Part shown: piece after piece, positions 61,211 through 64,000 of the stretch
Layout of the letters: each line of letters opens with the position of its first letter
How positions within the stretch are numbered: position 1 is the stretch's first letter
Assembly (NCBI GenBank): GCA_964521425.1
Contig: CAZFRO010000006.1
Location: 46,620-110,619, forward strand
Reading direction: 5' to 3'
DNA from: an uncultured bacterium
Lineage (GTDB): Bacteria > Joyebacterota > Joyebacteria > Joyebacterales > Joyebacteraceae
DNA length: 64,000 bases
The notes under the pieces: generated by a model
What the model saw: only the letters and a program-made list of their open reading frames with translations
The model's database searches: none
Told to the model about the DNA's origin: nothing
Translations under genes and position numbers: made by a program

Positions 61211-64000
61211 ATGATGAAGCTGTCTGTTCTGGTCGCAGCCGTGCTCGTTCTGGTATTCGGCGCGGCCATGGCTAATCCTTCAGGTACCGATGTTGTTATC
61301 AATGAGATCTACCCGGACGCCAACGAGTACTATGACGGCGCCGAGTTCATTGAGCTCTACAATCCGACCGGAAGTTCGATTGACATCGGCGGATTTGTTC
61401 TCTGCGGAGTCGAGTACGACCAGCTCTGCGGAGGCGAAGACCGCTGGCAGTTCCCGTTTGGGACGACCATCGCCGCCGGGGGCTACATCACGGTCGCGAA
61501 GGACGGGGCCGACGGTGACGACGGATTCTACGAGGAGTTCGGGATCTACCCCGACTTCGAGATGTTCGATGCGTCGTTTGAGTTCGATAACGACAGCATG
61601 TTTGTCCCAAACATGAATCTCCTGGACCCCGATCCTGCGACCGGCTACAGCGACGAGATACAGCTGGTCGGCGGCAAGGGCTACGGCACCATGTGCGGCG
61701 GCTACAGCAATGGTGACGTTGTGTATCTGTACACGACAGGATCTCTGATAACTCTGGTCGACCTTGTCGAGTACGCCGATATGGAGGTCTGCACCGAGGA
61801 TCCGTGTTTCGGCGATGACGGTATCCCGGACAATGCGTTCGACGAGATCCCGTACCTCGGCAACACACTTGGTCGTGACGCCTCCAGCACGGACACCGAT
61901 AGCAGCATCACGGACTGGCAGATGCAGGCTCCCACGCCCGGCGTTCAGAACATTCAGAACACGCCGCCGTGGATTCGTTCGGTCATGTACTCGCCGATCC
62001 CACCGATGGACACGGACGCCGTCGACATCACGGCTGTCGTGACCGATGATGGCAGCGTAGATTCAGTCATGGTCTACTACCGTGTGGACGCGGGGCCGTG
62101 GGGCACAGTTGCCGCATCGGGAGTGGACACACTCTACACGGGTACCATTGCGGCCCAGGCGAACGGATCCCAGGTCCAGTACTTCGTGCGTGCCGTCGAC
62201 AATCATGGCGCCGGCATCAACTACCCGTCCGAGGGTTTCTCTGATCCGTACGCCTACTCGGTCGGCTTCACGACCATCTACGATGTGCAGTTCGTACCTT
62301 TTGGTGGCGATGCGTCGCCTCTCGAAGGCCAGACTGTCAACGTGACGGGTATTGTGACTGCAGCGAAGGGCGAGTTCTCCGATTCATTCTGCATGATCCA
62401 CGAAGGCAATACGTACTTCGAGGGCATCAAGATCTACGCCACGTACAACTACGACGGCGAGATCAATGAGGGTGACGAGATCACGGTCTCCGGTTTTGTG
62501 ACCGAGTACTACGGTGAGACCGAGATCTATGTTCCTTTCAATGAGGCAGTCACGATTCTCTCGACGGGCAATGCGAACTACGGCTATGCCGCAGTCACAA
62601 CGGCCGACATCGATCCTGATGACACCGGCTCCGAGGCGTATGAAGGTCAGCTCATCAGCGTCAGCAACGTGACGGTGACGGCCGAGCCCGACGGCTACGG
62701 CCAGTGGTACATCGAGGATGCCTCGGCAGTGGGTGCCATGGTCGATGACTACGGGTACTACAGCTACACCCCGCAGCTCTTTGATGTGCTCGACGAGGTT
62801 CGTGGCGTACTGATGTACAGCTACGACCAGTTCAAGATCGAGCCGCGGTACGACGAAGATATCGTTGGTCCGCCGAGGATCGCGGACGTTCGCTACTCGC
62901 CGATACCGCCGGTGGCCGGCAATGTCACGATTACTGCCGACATCACCGACAACCAGGGCATCAGTTCGGCAACGCTGAACTACGCTCTTTCGGCGGCAGG
63001 TCCCTTCAGCCAGACGCCGATGACGACATCGCGCGATATCTACTCCGCGACGATCGGTCCGTACGTCGATGGCAACAGGATCTACTACTTCATCGAGGCC
63101 AGCGACGGCGTGATGGATGCCAGGAAGCCGACTGCGGGCTCGTACAGCCTCTACATCGGCATGGTCGACATCTTCGACATCCAGTTTGTCGCCGCCCCTG
63201 GTGTGGATGACACGTCACCGCTCGACACGCTTGCGGTCAACACGACCGGTATCGTGACGGCGGAGCCGGGTGTCTACAGCGACTACTATTTCACGATCCA
63301 GACCGAGGACGTGGCACGCGGTGCGTGGCAGGGAATCAAGGTCTACGATCGCACCGGTTCGGCGAGCTTCGAGCGCGGCGATGAGATCATCGTCTGTGGC
63401 GAGGTTCAGGAGAACTGGGGCGAGACTGAGGTCTCCCTGCACTTCGTCGAGGGAGCAGTCCTCGTCGAGTCGCGCGGCAGCATGCCGGATGCAGTCTCCA
63501 TCGCTACGGCCGATCTCCAGACCAAGACCACCGGCGAGCAGTACGAGGGCGTCTACGTTCACGCCGAGGACGCTACGGTCATGGTTGCGGACATGGGCTA
63601 CGGCGAATGGGCCATCACAAACGGGGCCGCTGGTGATACGTGCCGCGTCGATGATGACGCTCCGTACACCTACGAGCCGGTAGAGGGCGACAACGTCTTC
63701 GTTCTTGGTACGGTCATGTTCTCGTATGGCAACTACAAGCTCGAGCCGCGCGGCGATGACGATATCGCCGTCAATCCGGTCGGTGTCGAAGACGGCATCG
63801 TCGGTGCCAAGCTCGATCTCGGCCAGAACATGCCGAACCCGTTCAACCCGAAGACGACCATCGCCTTCACACTGCCTGAGCCGACGGATGTCACGATCGA
63901 GGTCTACGATGTGACCGGTCGCAGGATCGTCACACTCATGAGCGACCGCCTCGAAGCGGGTGGTCACTTCGTCGAGTGGTCGGGACGTGGTGACAACGGT
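61211..64000 (+). CDS. secreted multi-domain T9SS cargo (3' end beyond window): lamin-tail domain, FN3/Ig-like modules, two OB-like modules, CTD beginning at about 63815
   Basis: AAGGAGG sits before ATG 61211. Signal peptide MMKLSVLVAAVLVLVFGAAMA. LTD: VVINEIYPDANEYYDGAEFIELYNPTGSSIDIGGFVLCG. OB-like: IYDVQFVPFGG...TVNVTGIVTA and IFDIQFVAAPG...NTTGIVTA. CTD start: NMPNPFNPKTTIAFTL...VTIEVYDVTGRRIVTL. Confidence 0.8.
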   Translation, partial: MMKLSVLVAAVLVLVFGAAMANPSGTDVVINEIYPDANEYYDGAEFIELYNPTGSSIDIGGFVLCGVEYDQLCGGEDRWQFPFGTTIAAGGYITVAKDGADGDDGFYEEFGIYPDFEMFDASFEFDNDSMFVPNMNLLDPDPATGYSDEIQLVGGKGYGTMCGGYSNGDVVYLYTTGSLITLVDLVEYADMEVCTEDPCFGDDGIPDNAFDEIPYLGNTLGRDASSTDTDSSITDWQMQAPTPGVQNIQNTPPWIRSVMYSPIPPMDTDAVDITAVVTDDGSVDSVMVYYRVDAGPWGTVAASGVDTLYTGTIAAQANGSQVQYFVRAVDNHGAGINYPSEGFSDPYAYSVGFTTIYDVQFVPFGGDASPLEGQTVNVTGIVTAAKGEFSDSFCMIHEGNTYFEGIKIYATYNYDGEINEGDEITVSGFVTEYYGETEIYVPFNEAVTILSTGNANYGYAAVTTADIDPDDTGSEAYEGQLISVSNVTVTAEPDGYGQWYIEDASAVGAMVDDYGYYSYTPQLFDVLDEVRGVLMYSYDQFKIEPRYDEDIVGPPRIADVRYSPIPPVAGNVTITADITDNQGISSATLNYALSAAGPFSQTPMTTSRDIYSATIGPYVDGNRIYYFIEASDGVMDARKPTAGSYSLYIGMVDIFDIQFVAAPGVDDTSPLDTLAVNTTGIVTAEPGVYSDYYFTIQTEDVARGAWQGIKVYDRTGSASFERGDEIIVCGEVQENWGETEVSLHFVEGAVLVESRGSMPDAVSIATADLQTKTTGEQYEGVYVHAEDATVMVADMGYGEWAITNGAAGDTCRVDDDAPYTYEPVEGDNVFVLGTVMFSYGNYKLEPRGDDDIAVNPVGVEDGIVGAKLDLGQNMPNPFNPKTTIAFTLPEPTDVTIEVYDVTGRRIVTLMSDRLEAGGHFVEWSGRGDNG

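Overview
This 64 kb window is high-GC (roughly 63-66% by eye) and reads like a contig from an uncultured bacterium that uses type IX secretion (T9SS). About 45 genes sit on the + strand; only three small genes at 19.2-20.4 kb are on the - strand. There are three blocks. (A) 5.4-16 kb: a paralogous cluster of five secreted proteins carrying seven cohesin-like modules and two dockerin-like segments; four end in T9SS C-terminal sorting domains (CTDs). The largest is about 1867 aa from the preferred start at 5494 (1906 aa from the ORF-track start at 5371), with three beta-helix modules. An AT-rich promoter island precedes it and a decayed GH5 mannanase gene lies upstream. (B) 17-43 kb: a nucleobase and purine catabolism island of the selenium-dependent molybdenum hydroxylase type. 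It holds hydantoinase, SsnA, 2Fe-2S and FAD subunits, MocA, XdhC, a YqeB-family protein, two tandem YgeW-like carbamoyltransferases, carbamate kinase and adenine deaminase. A Bmp-type nucleoside ABC importer follows, with murJ embedded in it; preT/preA lie separately at 1.3-3.9 kb. (C) 43-64 kb: a secreted phosphoesterase, a ComEC-like metallo-beta-lactamase lipoprotein and a sugar ABC system. After these come three T9SS cargo proteins with lamin-tail plus nuclease-like OB modules, two FadL/PorV-like barrels, an outer-membrane barrel fused to tandem ComEA-type HhH DNA-binding domains, and a secreted 5'-nucleotidase. Together this looks like a candidate surface system for capturing and degrading extracellular DNA that feeds block B. 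No rRNA, tRNA or CRISPR array was seen.
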